From positions 196,396 to 260,395 of the forward strand of contig OY970378.1 in assembly GCA_963718875.1 (NCBI GenBank): a DNA stretch of 64,000 bases. The letters are read 5' to 3'. Each line of letters opens with the position of its first letter. Position 1 is the first letter of the stretch. The DNA is from Candidatus Parcubacteria bacterium (GTDB lineage: Bacteria; Patescibacteriota; Saccharimonadia; UBA4664; JBIOIQ01). Made by a program: the position numbers and the translations under genes. The notes below the pieces were generated by a model. That model was not told the DNA's origin. It was given only the letters and a program-made list of their open reading frames with translations, and did no database searches. Positions 17,580-25,977 of the stretch are shown one piece after another.

Positions 17580-18650
17580 CATTCCGTTTTGAATCAGGAC
17601 AGTCAACCCGTAGAGTGTCATCATGGTAAAAGCTACTAAACTAACATCGGCAGAGCGTTCGGAAATAGAAATTCTTTTAAATAAAGGTCACACTCTTAGG
17701 GCCATTGGTCGGGCTTTGGGCCGGAGCCTCAATACCATCAGTGATGAGGTGAAGCGTAATAAGACCCCGGAAGGCTACAATGCCCGCATCGCCAAACAAA
17801 AAGCCTACGTCAAACGCAAGTATGCCAAGTACCAGGGCAAGAAGATCCAGGAGAATGATGATTTGCGCTGGTACATCATTGTGCGCCTCATGGATGGCTG
17901 GAATCCCGATGAGATAGCGGGACGACTAAAAAAAGATCAGCACGGTTACTATGCCTCTAAGACAGCCATCTACGAATGGCTCGACAGCGCCAGAGGGCAG
18001 AAGTACTGTGACTACCTGCCCTCCCGTAGGTACAGACCAAAGAAGCGCAAACCAAAGACCGATCGGGTGATGATTCCAGATCGGGTGAGTATTACAGAGC
18101 GCCCCCATGAAGCTACCGTCCGGAGCGAAGTGGGCCACTATGAGGGGGATACCATCGTTAGCGGCAAGCGGACTGGATCAAAAGCAGCAATCGTAGTGAT
18201 TCAGGAACGAGTCACCAGACTGATTGCTGCTAGACCCATCCCAGACTTGTGTCCGGTGAGCTTTAATGGAGCCATCAGCTCTTCCAAACTGGTCTTGCTC
18301 TCATCAGCAGTCTGACTCTCGACAACGGTATCGAGAACCGTTGGCACAGATTGCTCGATATGCTCGTTTTTTTCTGTGACCCCTATTCTAGCTGGCAAAA
18401 AGGAGGGGTGGAAAACGCCAACCGAATGATTCGGCACTACTTGCCCAAAGGCATGGATCTAGCCACCGTGACGAACAAAGAATTGCAGCGTATCATTACG
18501 ATCATAAACAACAAACCCAGGAAGATCCTGGGATATATGTCCGCTATTGAAATGGCTAAAGAGAAAGGAGTTTTACGAGAGACTGTCCTGATTGAGGGGT
18601 GAATTCAGGTCAGAGAAACTTATGTAAGTATACATAGTTAATATAATTTT
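17580..18650 (+). mobile_element. IS30-family insertion sequence remnant (ends not defined)
   Basis: Contains the split IS30 transposase. Terminal inverted repeats could not be identified by eye. Confidence 0.5.
17623..18602 (+). pseudogene. IS30-family transposase, disrupted (frameshift near 18270-18315 and probable internal deletion)
   Basis: N-terminal HTH and GHYEGDT motif in frame 1 (17623-18315). TLDNGIE...FCDPYSSWQKGGVENANRMIRHY (DDE C-terminal part) in another frame (18267-18602). The spacing between the catalytic segments is shorter than typical for IS30. Confidence 0.8.
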
Positions 18651-18790
18651 GTCAACAAAATACGCTTGCATTGTATTTCTCATTGTGTAATAATAACTTC
18701 GATATGAAGACACGAATTTACAGCACTAGTTTTCCATTTATCCAGGACCTGCGCCGGGGATAGTCTTCAAGTTTGCTCAAGAATAATTTG

Positions 18791-18816
18791 AAACCTGCCC
18801 TCGGGGCAGGTTTTTT
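18791..18816 (+). terminator. rho-independent terminator cctgccc-tcg-gggcagg + TTTTTT
   Basis: GC stem followed by a T6 run. Confidence 0.6.
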
Positions 18817-18862
18817 AGATCTGTTCCGAGTTCATCCGACGATGGAAGGGGAGAAAGCCGTC

Positions 18863-19177
18863 ATGAAACCGCCGCGTAACGAGCTGGATTACACGCTCGA
18901 TGAGGCCAAACGGTATCGTGGGCAGTGGGTGTCAGCAGGGGAAGGACTAGAGGGAAAGCTCGATTGGACGCCTGAGCGTGGATGGGTGTTGCATTTTCGG
19001 GTCAAGGGCACTACGCGCATCAGTTCTCAGATTGCGTTTCACCGCGCGAGAACCATCCAGAACTTTTCTTGGCCTGGCGGCTGGGAACTGAGCCGGCTAA
19101 TATCGCGTAGTGGCCAGTGGGTGCCTCATGAGAATGAGTGCTACCGGCCTCAGCGCACCTGGAGCTGGCATATCTGA
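18863..19177 (+). CDS. hypothetical Trp-rich protein
   Basis: GGGGAG RBS before the ATG at 18863. Moderately GC-rich. No family recognised. Confidence 0.4.
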   Translation: MKPPRNELDYTLDEAKRYRGQWVSAGEGLEGKLDWTPERGWVLHFRVKGTTRISSQIAFHRARTIQNFSWPGGWELSRLISRSGQWVPHENECYRPQRTWSWHI

Positions 19178-19189
19178 GGGTGATAAACA

Positions 19190-19221
19190 GGGGAGGGAGC
19201 GACATATCCCGCTTCCTCCCC
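19190..19221 (+). terminator. hairpin GGGGAGGGAGCG...CGCTTCCTCCCC after the hypothetical gene
   Basis: 12-bp stem with one mismatch. Shares the CGCTTCCTCCCC arm with the hairpin at 16048-16077. Confidence 0.45.
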
Positions 19222-19249
19222 AACAACTTAAATAACTAGGAGAATTCCC

Positions 19250-20380
19250 ATGGAAATGTATGTTAAGCCGATTGAAAAAACGGCATTAGATAAATACTTA
19301 GCTATATCAGACTTAACGCAAGATGGCGCAGATCATGCCATTACTTTGCTGTACCAAAAAATTGAAGCTTATATTCGAGCCACTCATCCTACTAGCAAAG
19401 TGATTGTGAGTCGCAAAAGCCCGATTGTGAGCGTGGAGGATAATTACGATAATTTACTTATCCCGGCAAATAATATTAGCCGATCATCGACCTACACTCA
19501 TTACGTAGACAAAAAACACATATTGCGCACCCATACGACGGCTCATATACCGGAAATTTTAAAAGAACTAGCATTACGGAATGATTGGACAGATGTGGTT
19601 ATACTGTTGCCCGGACTCGCCTATCGCCGTGATGTTTCGGACAAAAAGCATGTAGGTGAAGTACACATGCTGGATATCTGGCGCGTGGTTAAAAATGATG
19701 CCAGAAAAAAGATTGTTAAAAATGATCTGCTCAAAGTAGTTAAGGGAGTGGCGGCTACGGCCGCGCCTGATTGGCGGCTGCGTATCATCGACTCGCCGCA
19801 TCCGTATACTGATGAGGGCATAGAAGTGAATGCCGTACTAGGTGAGCGGGATATTGAAATACTCGAGTGTGGGCTTATAAAAGACAAAATATTGTTCAAT
19901 GCTGGGCTTGATCCGGCAGCTTATTCGGGTTGGGCCTCGGGTATAGGGCTTGATCGGCTAGTGATGACGCTCAAGGACATTCCTGATATTCGCTACTTGC
20001 GTTCTGTTAACCCTGAGATTGCCGCGCAAATGAAAGACTTGGCCTCATATCATGAAGTATCCAATCAACCGGCTATTAAGCGCGATTTGTCTTATAGTGT
20101 ATCCAAAACTTACGTCGAAGAAGACATTAGCGAAGACATCCGTCAAGCGCTGGGGGATAAAGTAGGCGTTCTCGAAAGTGTGGAGATTTTGAGTGAGACT
20201 AGTGCTGGGGGTTTACCAGAAAGTGTTCGTGATCGACTTGGCTGCGGTTCGGATCAAAAAAATGTTTTGGTACGTGTCACACTAAGACATTTGGAAAGGT
20301 CGCTCACTAACCAAGAAGCCAATAACATCTATGGGCAAATCTATTCCCGGGTTAATTATGGGACGGGCGGGTATCTGTAG
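19250..20380 (+). CDS. monomeric mitochondrial-type phenylalanyl-tRNA synthetase (PheS-like catalytic core fused to a C-terminal FDX-ACB anticodon-binding domain)
   Basis: VEDNYDNLLIPANNISRS...HILRTHTTAH and GLDPAAYSGWASGIGLDRLVM match the class IIc PheRS alpha core. The C-terminus RDLSYSVSKTY...VTLRHLERSLTNQEAN matches the FDX-ACB domain as in FARS2. Confidence 0.85.
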   Translation: MEMYVKPIEKTALDKYLAISDLTQDGADHAITLLYQKIEAYIRATHPTSKVIVSRKSPIVSVEDNYDNLLIPANNISRSSTYTHYVDKKHILRTHTTAHIPEILKELALRNDWTDVVILLPGLAYRRDVSDKKHVGEVHMLDIWRVVKNDARKKIVKNDLLKVVKGVAATAAPDWRLRIIDSPHPYTDEGIEVNAVLGERDIEILECGLIKDKILFNAGLDPAAYSGWASGIGLDRLVMTLKDIPDIRYLRSVNPEIAAQMKDLASYHEVSNQPAIKRDLSYSVSKTYVEEDISEDIRQALGDKVGVLESVEILSETSAGGLPESVRDRLGCGSDQKNVLVRVTLRHLERSLTNQEANNIYGQIYSRVNYGTGGYL

Positions 20381-20387
20381 TCGCTGC

Positions 20388-20415
20388 GGAGTATGGAGTA
20401 TGGAGTATGGAGTAA
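20388..20415 (+). repeat. heptanucleotide tandem repeat (GGAGTAT)x~4 immediately after the PheRS stop
   Basis: Read directly: ggagtatggagtatggagtatggagtaa. Confidence 0.8.
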
Positions 20416-20605
20416 GAGCGGAAAATTTTTTCATACTTCATTCTACTTTCTCCCTACTTCGCACAAGTTTATTCCCTGAGCTTGTCGAAGGGCCACTATT
20501 GACGGCTGATTGTGAGCTACCTAAATCCTCAATACTTGATTGAGATCTTGGGTAGGTCTCCCCGCGCTGTTCGCGCGGGGAGTAACCCACATCCTTGTAT
20601 GATGC

Positions 20606-20944
20606 TCAGGTTCGAGCGCCGACGGGGAACGGCTCGTACTCGATGGTGGTGACATCGTGACACTGGATGTACAGCTGCCCTGCGGCGTCTGCGCCGAAGA
20701 GTCTGACACGGTCTTCGCTTCGGAGCACCGTGTACTGCTTCGTGCAGTCCAGCGGGTCACGGCACTCGATCTTCAGGCAGTCGCGCTCCCAGTTGGAGCC
20801 GACGGGGAAGAGCTGGCGGAAGCTGACTCCCTCATCGCTGAGGAAGACGGCGGTACCAGGGTCGTTCAGACTGCTGAAGACGATCACGCGACCGTCGCCC
20901 GACCTGAATGCGCCGGAATTGTCGGTGAGCTGGAACTGATTCAT
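20606..20944 (-). CDS. hypothetical protein, GC-rich orphan (actinobacterial-like codon usage)
   Basis: GGAAGGA RBS before the ATG at 20944. Very strong GC3 bias on the minus strand. Hairpin ccccgcgc/gcgcgggg at 20561-20581 downstream. Confidence 0.5.
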   Translation of the reverse strand: MNQFQLTDNSGAFRSGDGRVIVFSSLNDPGTAVFLSDEGVSFRQLFPVGSNWERDCLKIECRDPLDCTKQYTVLRSEDRVRLFGADAAGQLYIQCHDVTTIEYEPFPVGART

Positions 20945-21168
20945 GTTGATTCCTTCCCGCCTTGCGGCTGGATAGGGGATGTGGAGGACGTTGTGGAGGG
21001 GTACTCCAAGAACTATTGTCATTATACCCTTAATTATTTAATATGTCAATTTTTTGTAACCCGTGAATCCCGAAACCTCCAAACACGTAAACCTTTTTGT
21101 CATCCTCGATCGGAAGTTTCGCTCTGGCGGGACGTTCCGGATCGGGGATCCAGGCTTTTTTTCCTTTT

Positions 21169-21236
21169 CTAGATTCCCTACCCGGAGCGCCAAGCCAGAT
21201 AATAGTTGGGCTTGGCTTTCCAATAGGGAATGACAG
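21169..21236 (-). repeat. palindromic element R2 (inverted orientation; termini ctgtcattcccta / gctccgggtagggaatctag)
   Basis: Its reverse complement matches the R1 termini at 16988-17086. Inner hairpin gccaagcc...ggcttggc. Confidence 0.65.
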
Positions 21237-21281
21237 ATAGGGAGGTTTAGGGATTCACGGTTTGTAACAATAAATCAACTG

Positions 21282-21310
21282 TTGACAGTACGGTTTTTGT
21301 TCGGTATGCT
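21282..21310 (+). promoter_or_regulatory. putative recA promoter TTGACA-N17-TATGCT; the spacer contains the 17-bp motif CGGTTTTTGTTCGGTAT
   Basis: Sigma70-like hexamers. An identical 17-bp spacer/-10 junction recurs in the RAYT promoter at 51261-51277. Confidence 0.45.
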
Positions 21311-21404
21311 TGCTGCGTAACCTGGTAATCGCGTCCGTAAAAAGCGGGCGTAAAGGGGGAGATTTCCAGAACAAGCTAGATTAAGCATCATAAGGAAGGT
21401 TATA

Positions 21405-22472
21405 ATGGGTCAAACAGTATTAGACAAGCCGGTAAAGGTTCAAGAAACTAAAACGGCTAAGTCGGAAAGTAAGGTAGAGGCAGTGGATTCCGAAAATAAA
21501 TCCGAGCGCATGAAGGCGGTTGACTTAGCGGTGGCTCAGATTGAAAAGCAATTTGGCAAAGGCGCCATTATGAAGTTGGGCGAAGGTCATAAAATTGATG
21601 TAGAAACTTTCCCCACAGGAGCTTTATCTCTTGATTTGGCCTTGGGCGGGGGTATTCCACGTGGTCGTATTGTAGAAGTATATGGACCCGAGTCCAGCGG
21701 GAAAACTACTCTTACTTTGCATGCTGTAGCAGAGGTGCAAAAGCGTGGTGGGTTGGCGGCCTTCGTTGACGCCGAGCATGCTCTTGATCCCGAGTATGCG
21801 GCTCGTATTGGAGTTAAACTCGACGACTTATTGATCTCGCAGCCAGATACTGGTGAGCAGGCTCTGGAGATTGCTGAAACCCTAGTACGCTCCAGTGCAG
21901 TTGACTTGGTGGTGATTGACTCAGTGGCAGCCTTGGTGCCACGAGCCGAAATTGAAGGTGAAATGGGCGACTCACATATGGGTCTGCAAGCTCGGTTAAT
22001 GAGTCAGGCTTTGCGCAAACTGACAGGCGCAATTAGCAAGTCTAAAACCACCGTTATTTTCATAAACCAGTTGCGAATGAAGATTGGAGTAATGTTTGGT
22101 AATCCGGAGACAACTGCTGGAGGACAGGCACTTAAGTATTACGCTTCTGTGCGCTTAGATATCCGTAAATCCGAGCAAATTAAAGATGGTGATGCTGTAA
22201 TTGGTAACCACGTAAAAGTGAAGGTTGTTAAAAACAAGGTCGCAGCTCCTTTTAAAGTAGCTGAGTTTGACATCATGTACAACCAAGGCATTTCTACTGA
22301 AGGAGATATTCTCGACTTGGCAGTTAAGTACGGTCTGGTAGCTAAGAGTGGTGCTTGGTACGAATATAACGGTGAAAAAATTGGTCAAGGACGAGAAGCC
22401 GCTAAACAGTTTTTGAAGGATCATCCGGCCGAGGTAAAGAAGTTGGATGCCGAAATTCGCAAAGTAGCATAA
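21405..22472 (+). CDS. recA: recombinase RecA (with ~35-aa K/E-rich N-terminal extension)
   Basis: Walker [10 protein letters not shown] and RecA L1/L2 regions. AAGGAAGG RBS before the ATG at 21405. Confidence 0.95.
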   Translation: MGQTVLDKPVKVQETKTAKSESKVEAVDSENKSERMKAVDLAVAQIEKQFGKGAIMKLGEGHKIDVETFPTGALSLDLALGGGIPRGRIVEVYGPESSGKTTLTLHAVAEVQKRGGLAAFVDAEHALDPEYAARIGVKLDDLLISQPDTGEQALEIAETLVRSSAVDLVVIDSVAALVPRAEIEGEMGDSHMGLQARLMSQALRKLTGAISKSKTTVIFINQLRMKIGVMFGNPETTAGGQALKYYASVRLDIRKSEQIKDGDAVIGNHVKVKVVKNKVAAPFKVAEFDIMYNQGISTEGDILDLAVKYGLVAKSGAWYEYNGEKIGQGREAAKQFLKDHPAEVKKLDAEIRKVA

Positions 22473-22506
22473 AAACATGTTTTTTGGGCGTGGAACTGCG
22501 GCAAGC

Positions 22507-22576
22507 TTCCAGTCCGCGCTCAACGTACCATTAAGTACGTCTCACTTACGGGCTTCAGCTTTTCTTGTTCCTCATC
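22507..22576 (+). repeat. structured intergenic element family B copy (hairpin cgtac-cattaa-gtacg)
   Basis: Aligns with the copies at 25216-25290 and 35558-35629, with compensatory changes in the hairpin. Confidence 0.6.
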
Positions 22577-22605
22577 CCAATAAAAATGTTTTTAGGATCT
22601 AGAGT

Positions 22606-23211
22606 ATGCCAAAGATTACTAAGATAGATAGTCAAAAGAAACGGCAAAATCGTTACTCGGTGTTTGTAGATGATGAGTATGCTTTTGCATTGTCATCTAA
22701 CGATTTGTTAAACCTGGGTTTGCATAGTGGGCAAGAGTTTAGTCAGGCCGAACTTCAAGAAGTTAAGGAATCGGCGGGAGCAGGGCGAGCGTATGACCAG
22801 GCTATTAATTATCTTAGTTTGAGAAGGCGGTCGAAGCGCGAAATTGTCGATTATTTGAGAAAAAAGGAAGATTACGATGATGGTCTGATTACTCGTGTAG
22901 TCGAAAAGCTCGAACTGGCAGGGTTTATCGACGATGTGGCTTTTACTCAAGCTTGGGTAAATGATCGTAACCTCTTGAAACCGCGAAGTCGACGTCAGCT
23001 GCAGCAAGAACTTCGTCAAAAAGGTCTGTCCTCTGATGTTATCGAAATTGTGCTATCAAGTATTGATGAAAGTGCTGAGCTGGAGCTAGCTATAAAAATT
23101 GCTCAAAAAAAACTGACCCGTATTTCGGATCAGCAAAAGTTAATTGCATACTTGATGCGCCAAGGTTTTTCTTACTCGATCGCTAAGCAGGCATTGGAAC
23201 TAACCAGCTAG
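22606..23211 (+). CDS. recX: recombination regulator RecX
   Basis: RecX-like three-helix repeats. Immediately downstream of recA. Confidence 0.8.
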   Translation: MPKITKIDSQKKRQNRYSVFVDDEYAFALSSNDLLNLGLHSGQEFSQAELQEVKESAGAGRAYDQAINYLSLRRRSKREIVDYLRKKEDYDDGLITRVVEKLELAGFIDDVAFTQAWVNDRNLLKPRSRRQLQQELRQKGLSSDVIEIVLSSIDESAELELAIKIAQKKLTRISDQQKLIAYLMRQGFSYSIAKQALELTS

Positions 23212-23341
23212 TTGCTGGTTGCGATGAGCCGATACACCAACACGAATGTTAGCGACCATAGAAGCACAATTACCATGAAGCACCCTCCTTCTTGGTTAGA
23301 CTATACCGTAACCAGTATAGAAGCACAAGAGTTTCCACTTA

Positions 23342-23893
23342 CTATTCAGGGGTTGGAATAACTGGAGGAGGAGCAAGCACTTGAGTAGCTTTTTTGATGG
23401 GTTTTGTAATAATAGCGTCTTTAACAATAATGGTTTGGGGCGTAACATCGATAATTTGTGCCCGATCGACAACCAGGTTATTCAGTAATAAGTTTTTTAG
23501 GAGAGATTGCTTTAAGTACAGTTTTTGAATTTTATAGCTAAGGGTGTCAATTGCAAAGTCATCTACCTTACCGAGCTTGGTGCCCGATTGAGTCATTACA
23601 CTGGCTCCAACGGGCTTGTACTGCTTGTCTATGACTGTTTTTAATCGAACGATTTCTGAAGGATCTTCAATATCATCTAGTGAATCGATAACTAGACCTT
23701 CTCGGGCAATTTCACGAATATCACGAGCCATAATGACTGATGTACGCTTGCGCCACGTGTTGCTACCACAGAAAACAGCTACAATTTCTAGGTTATCTGG
23801 GTTTACTACCGGTTCCTGGACTGTTGAAACTATTTGACCGTTGAGTAAACTAATGATTGGTAAGTTGTGGAGACTGCTTGCTAAGACGTACAT
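23342..23893 (-). CDS. PRC-barrel domain protein (two PRC barrels)
   Basis: N-terminal L..L.G.PV pattern and a repeated PRC-like unit. Confidence 0.65.
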   Translation of the reverse strand: MYVLASSLHNLPIISLLNGQIVSTVQEPVVNPDNLEIVAVFCGSNTWRKRTSVIMARDIREIAREGLVIDSLDDIEDPSEIVRLKTVIDKQYKPVGASVMTQSGTKLGKVDDFAIDTLSYKIQKLYLKQSLLKNLLLNNLVVDRAQIIDVTPQTIIVKDAIITKPIKKATQVLAPPPVIPTPE

Positions 23894-24038
23894 AAATGCT
23901 ATTGTAGCAGTTTATCTTGACCTTGAGGCTAAAATTGGCTACAATAAGTCAATTAGTAACTAACCTTTTTGTTCCGTTGCAATAATAAGTCAACGGGATT
24001 CCAAAGATATGATTTGGAGCCATAGAAAGGATACGCAT

Positions 24039-24422
24039 ATGCGTCCGTACGAACTGGTGGTATTGCTCCATCCAGATTTAGAAATTGATGTTGATACTCC
24101 GCTCGCCAAGTTAGAAAAGTTGGTTGATGCGGTGGATGGGAAAGTAACTCGCAGAGATAATTGGGGGAAGAAACGGCTAGCCTACCGTATTAAACACCAG
24201 GACTTTGCTGTTTATGTTTATTTTGAGTTACTGCTCAGTCCAATGAAAGTTCAAGATTTTGAACGGACATTGCTTTTGGCCGAAGAAGTTATGAGACACC
24301 TCTTGGTAAATAAAGAATCAGTCAAAGAGCCAGAGGAATCAAGTAAAAAGCCCAAAGTAGCTAGCGCAATCGCAAGCAAAACTGATGACAAAGAGGAGGG
24401 TAGTGATGGCAAAGAGCTTTAA
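24039..24422 (+). CDS. rpsF: 30S ribosomal protein S6 (acidic C-terminal tail)
   Basis: MRPYELVVLLHPD... canonical S6 N-terminus. AAAGGA RBS. Overlaps the ssb start. Confidence 0.9.
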   Translation: MRPYELVVLLHPDLEIDVDTPLAKLEKLVDAVDGKVTRRDNWGKKRLAYRIKHQDFAVYVYFELLLSPMKVQDFERTLLLAEEVMRHLLVNKESVKEPEESSKKPKVASAIASKTDDKEEGSDGKEL

Positions 24423-24864
24423 TCAGGCTATTATTATGGGTAATCTTACTCGTGATCCAGAGCTGAGAACAACTCCGAGCGGTCAGCAAGTAGCATCTTT
24501 CGCGGTGGCCACTAATCGTCAATGGCAAGATGCGGGTGGGGAGCGCAAAGAGGCTGTTGAATATCATGAGATTGTAGCTTGGGCTAAGTTAGGCGAGTTG
24601 GCGGCACAATATTTAGCCAAGGGACGAAAAGTTTTGGTAGTAGGGCGTTTGCAGACCCAGTCTTGGGAAAAAGACGGGGTAAAGCGATCTAGAACCGAGA
24701 TTGTGGCTAGCGACATCAGTTTTCTTGATGGACGCAGCGAGGGCTCTGTTGAAGGTTCGGTAACAGCGCCTGCCAAACCAGCTTCCAACGCCAAACCCGC
24801 TGACGACGTTGTGATTGAAGATCTTGGTGAAGATCAAGTAAATCTGGATGACATTCCCTTTTAA
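24406..24864 (+). CDS. ssb: single-stranded DNA-binding protein
   Basis: OB-fold N-terminus MAKSFNQAIIMGNLTRDPELR, acidic C-terminal tip DDIPF. GAGGAGGG RBS. Confidence 0.9.
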   Translation: MAKSFNQAIIMGNLTRDPELRTTPSGQQVASFAVATNRQWQDAGGERKEAVEYHEIVAWAKLGELAAQYLAKGRKVLVVGRLQTQSWEKDGVKRSRTEIVASDISFLDGRSEGSVEGSVTAPAKPASNAKPADDVVIEDLGEDQVNLDDIPF

Positions 24865-24867
24865 AAA

Positions 24868-24946
24868 CATTTAACATTTAACCCTTCGACTTCGCTCAGG
24901 GCAGGCATTTGACGGTCAAAGTCAAAAGTTAACGGTCAAAGGTCAG
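24868..24946 (+). repeat. intergenic repeat family A copy
   Basis: catttaacatttaaccc...catttgacggtcaaagtcaaaag...ggtcaaaggtcagg. Confidence 0.55.
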
Positions 24947-24961
24947 GAGTATATATACAAC

Positions 24962-25180
24962 ATGGCTAATTTCTATGCAAAAAAAGTTTGTCGGTTCTGT
25001 GCAGAAAAAACCGATGTAATTGATTATAAGGACGTAAAACTGTTGCAGCGGTTTTTATCAAGCTACGGTAAAATTGAATCGCGAAAGCGTACAGGTGGTT
25101 GCCTGAAGCATCAACGTCGTTTGGGTGTTGCTTTAAAGCGGGCGAGGCATATAGCTCTTCTTCCTTTCAGCGTCCGATAG
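24962..25180 (+). CDS. rpsR: 30S ribosomal protein S18
   Basis: KKVCRFC...[11 protein letters not shown]...RKRTG canonical S18. Confidence 0.92.
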   Translation: MANFYAKKVCRFCAEKTDVIDYKDVKLLQRFLSSYGKIESRKRTGGCLKHQRRLGVALKRARHIALLPFSVR

Positions 25181-25183
25181 CAA

Positions 25184-25300
25184 CCTTTTGTACTTGGCAC
25201 ATCTCATCGTCAAACTTTGCGCTCCTCGCTCGACGTACCTGACTAGTACGCCTTGCTGCGGTGCTCAAGTTTTCCTTGACCTGCACTCAAGTACAAAAGG
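25184..25300 (+). repeat. large stem-loop: 13-bp perfect IR (ccttttgtacttg / caagtacaaaagg) enclosing family B element copy (25216-25290)
   Basis: Inverted repeat read directly. Inner hairpin cgtac-ctgacta-gtacg. Confidence 0.65.
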
Positions 25301-25347
25301 TTTGGCTGTTAAGAAAGTTTTGCGTTAAACAATAAGGGGAAAGTATC

Positions 25348-25908
25348 ATGTATTCTGGAAATGACCTCAAAAAAGACGTTTTGATTGATCTTGAGAACGT
25401 GCCTTATCGTATTGTTGAATCGGCACATCATGCTATGGGTCGAGGGGGCGGTGTTGTGAGGGTAAAGCTAAAGAACCTGCTTAATGGAAGTGTCCTTGAA
25501 AAAACTTTTCGTCCTTCGGACAAAATTCGCTCGGCTGAAATCGAGCGAATGCCTATGCAATTCTTATATCGTGACGGTGAGAGTGCTGCTTTTATGAATC
25601 AATCTACCTACGACCAAGAGTTGGTGAATTATGAGGTGCTAGGAGATCAAGCGGCCTATATGGCTGAAGGCAGCGAAGTCAACTTATTGCAGTTTTCTGG
25701 CAAATTTATTGGGGTTGAAATGCCAAACAATGTTTTTTTAAAGGTAGTCAGTACCGAGGTTGGGGCCAAGGGGGATACGGCTACAACTGCGCTAAAAGAA
25801 TCAACGGTTGAAACTGGCCAACGGGTGATGGTGCCTTTATTTATTAACGAAAATGATGTTATCAAGGTTGACACCAGGACGGGGCAATATTTAGAACGAC
25901 AAAAATAA
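25348..25908 (+). CDS. efp: elongation factor P
   Basis: Canonical EF-P N-terminus with KPGKG-like loop region (HAMGRGGGVVRVKLKNL). Confidence 0.92.
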   Translation: MYSGNDLKKDVLIDLENVPYRIVESAHHAMGRGGGVVRVKLKNLLNGSVLEKTFRPSDKIRSAEIERMPMQFLYRDGESAAFMNQSTYDQELVNYEVLGDQAAYMAEGSEVNLLQFSGKFIGVEMPNNVFLKVVSTEVGAKGDTATTALKESTVETGQRVMVPLFINENDVIKVDTRTGQYLERQK

Positions 25909-25931
25909 CCGTCCAGAACCTTCAGTTAAGG

Positions 25932-25976
25932 ACGTCATTCCCGCGGATCCGTCGACTGACGGAGGGAATCAATCTC
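25932..25976 (+). repeat. palindromic element R3 (acgtcattcccgcg...gggaatcaatct) directly upstream of the GIY-YIG start
   Basis: Nested hairpin. Termini identical to the reverse complement of R4 at 26270-26300. Confidence 0.7.
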
Positions 25977-25977
25977 T

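Noticed and set aside
17140-17629. Plus-strand ORFs 17140-17442 and 17213-17629 in the GC-rich segment
   Set aside because: The minus-strand ORF 17206-17520 has the protein-like composition and is followed by a terminator on its own strand. High GC creates long spurious ORFs in all frames.
21139-21166. Terminator-like ggatc-ggg-gatcc + T7 on the plus strand before R2
   Set aside because: No credible plus-strand gene ends upstream of it; the stem is only 5 bp. Probably incidental, or part of the R2 element context.
20657-21172. 171-aa plus-strand ORF across the GC-rich island
   Set aside because: The GC3 pattern and RBS favour the minus-strand gene 20606-20944; the plus-strand translation is low complexity.
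8939-21250. Recurring TTAGGG/CCCTAA-like (telomere-like) hexamers in several intergenic regions (8940s, 9350s, 13700s, 16040s, 21240s)
   Set aside because: Best explained as fragments of the four-helix-bundle cassette inverted repeat rather than telomeric or G-quadruplex arrays; no long tandem array is present.
21282-21310. Known LexA-box types (Cheo GAAC-N4-GTTC, GTTC-N7-GTTC, TCGAAC-N4-GTTCGA) upstream of recA
   Set aside because: None matches; only the shared 17-mer with the RAYT promoter was found, reported as a candidate rather than a LexA box.
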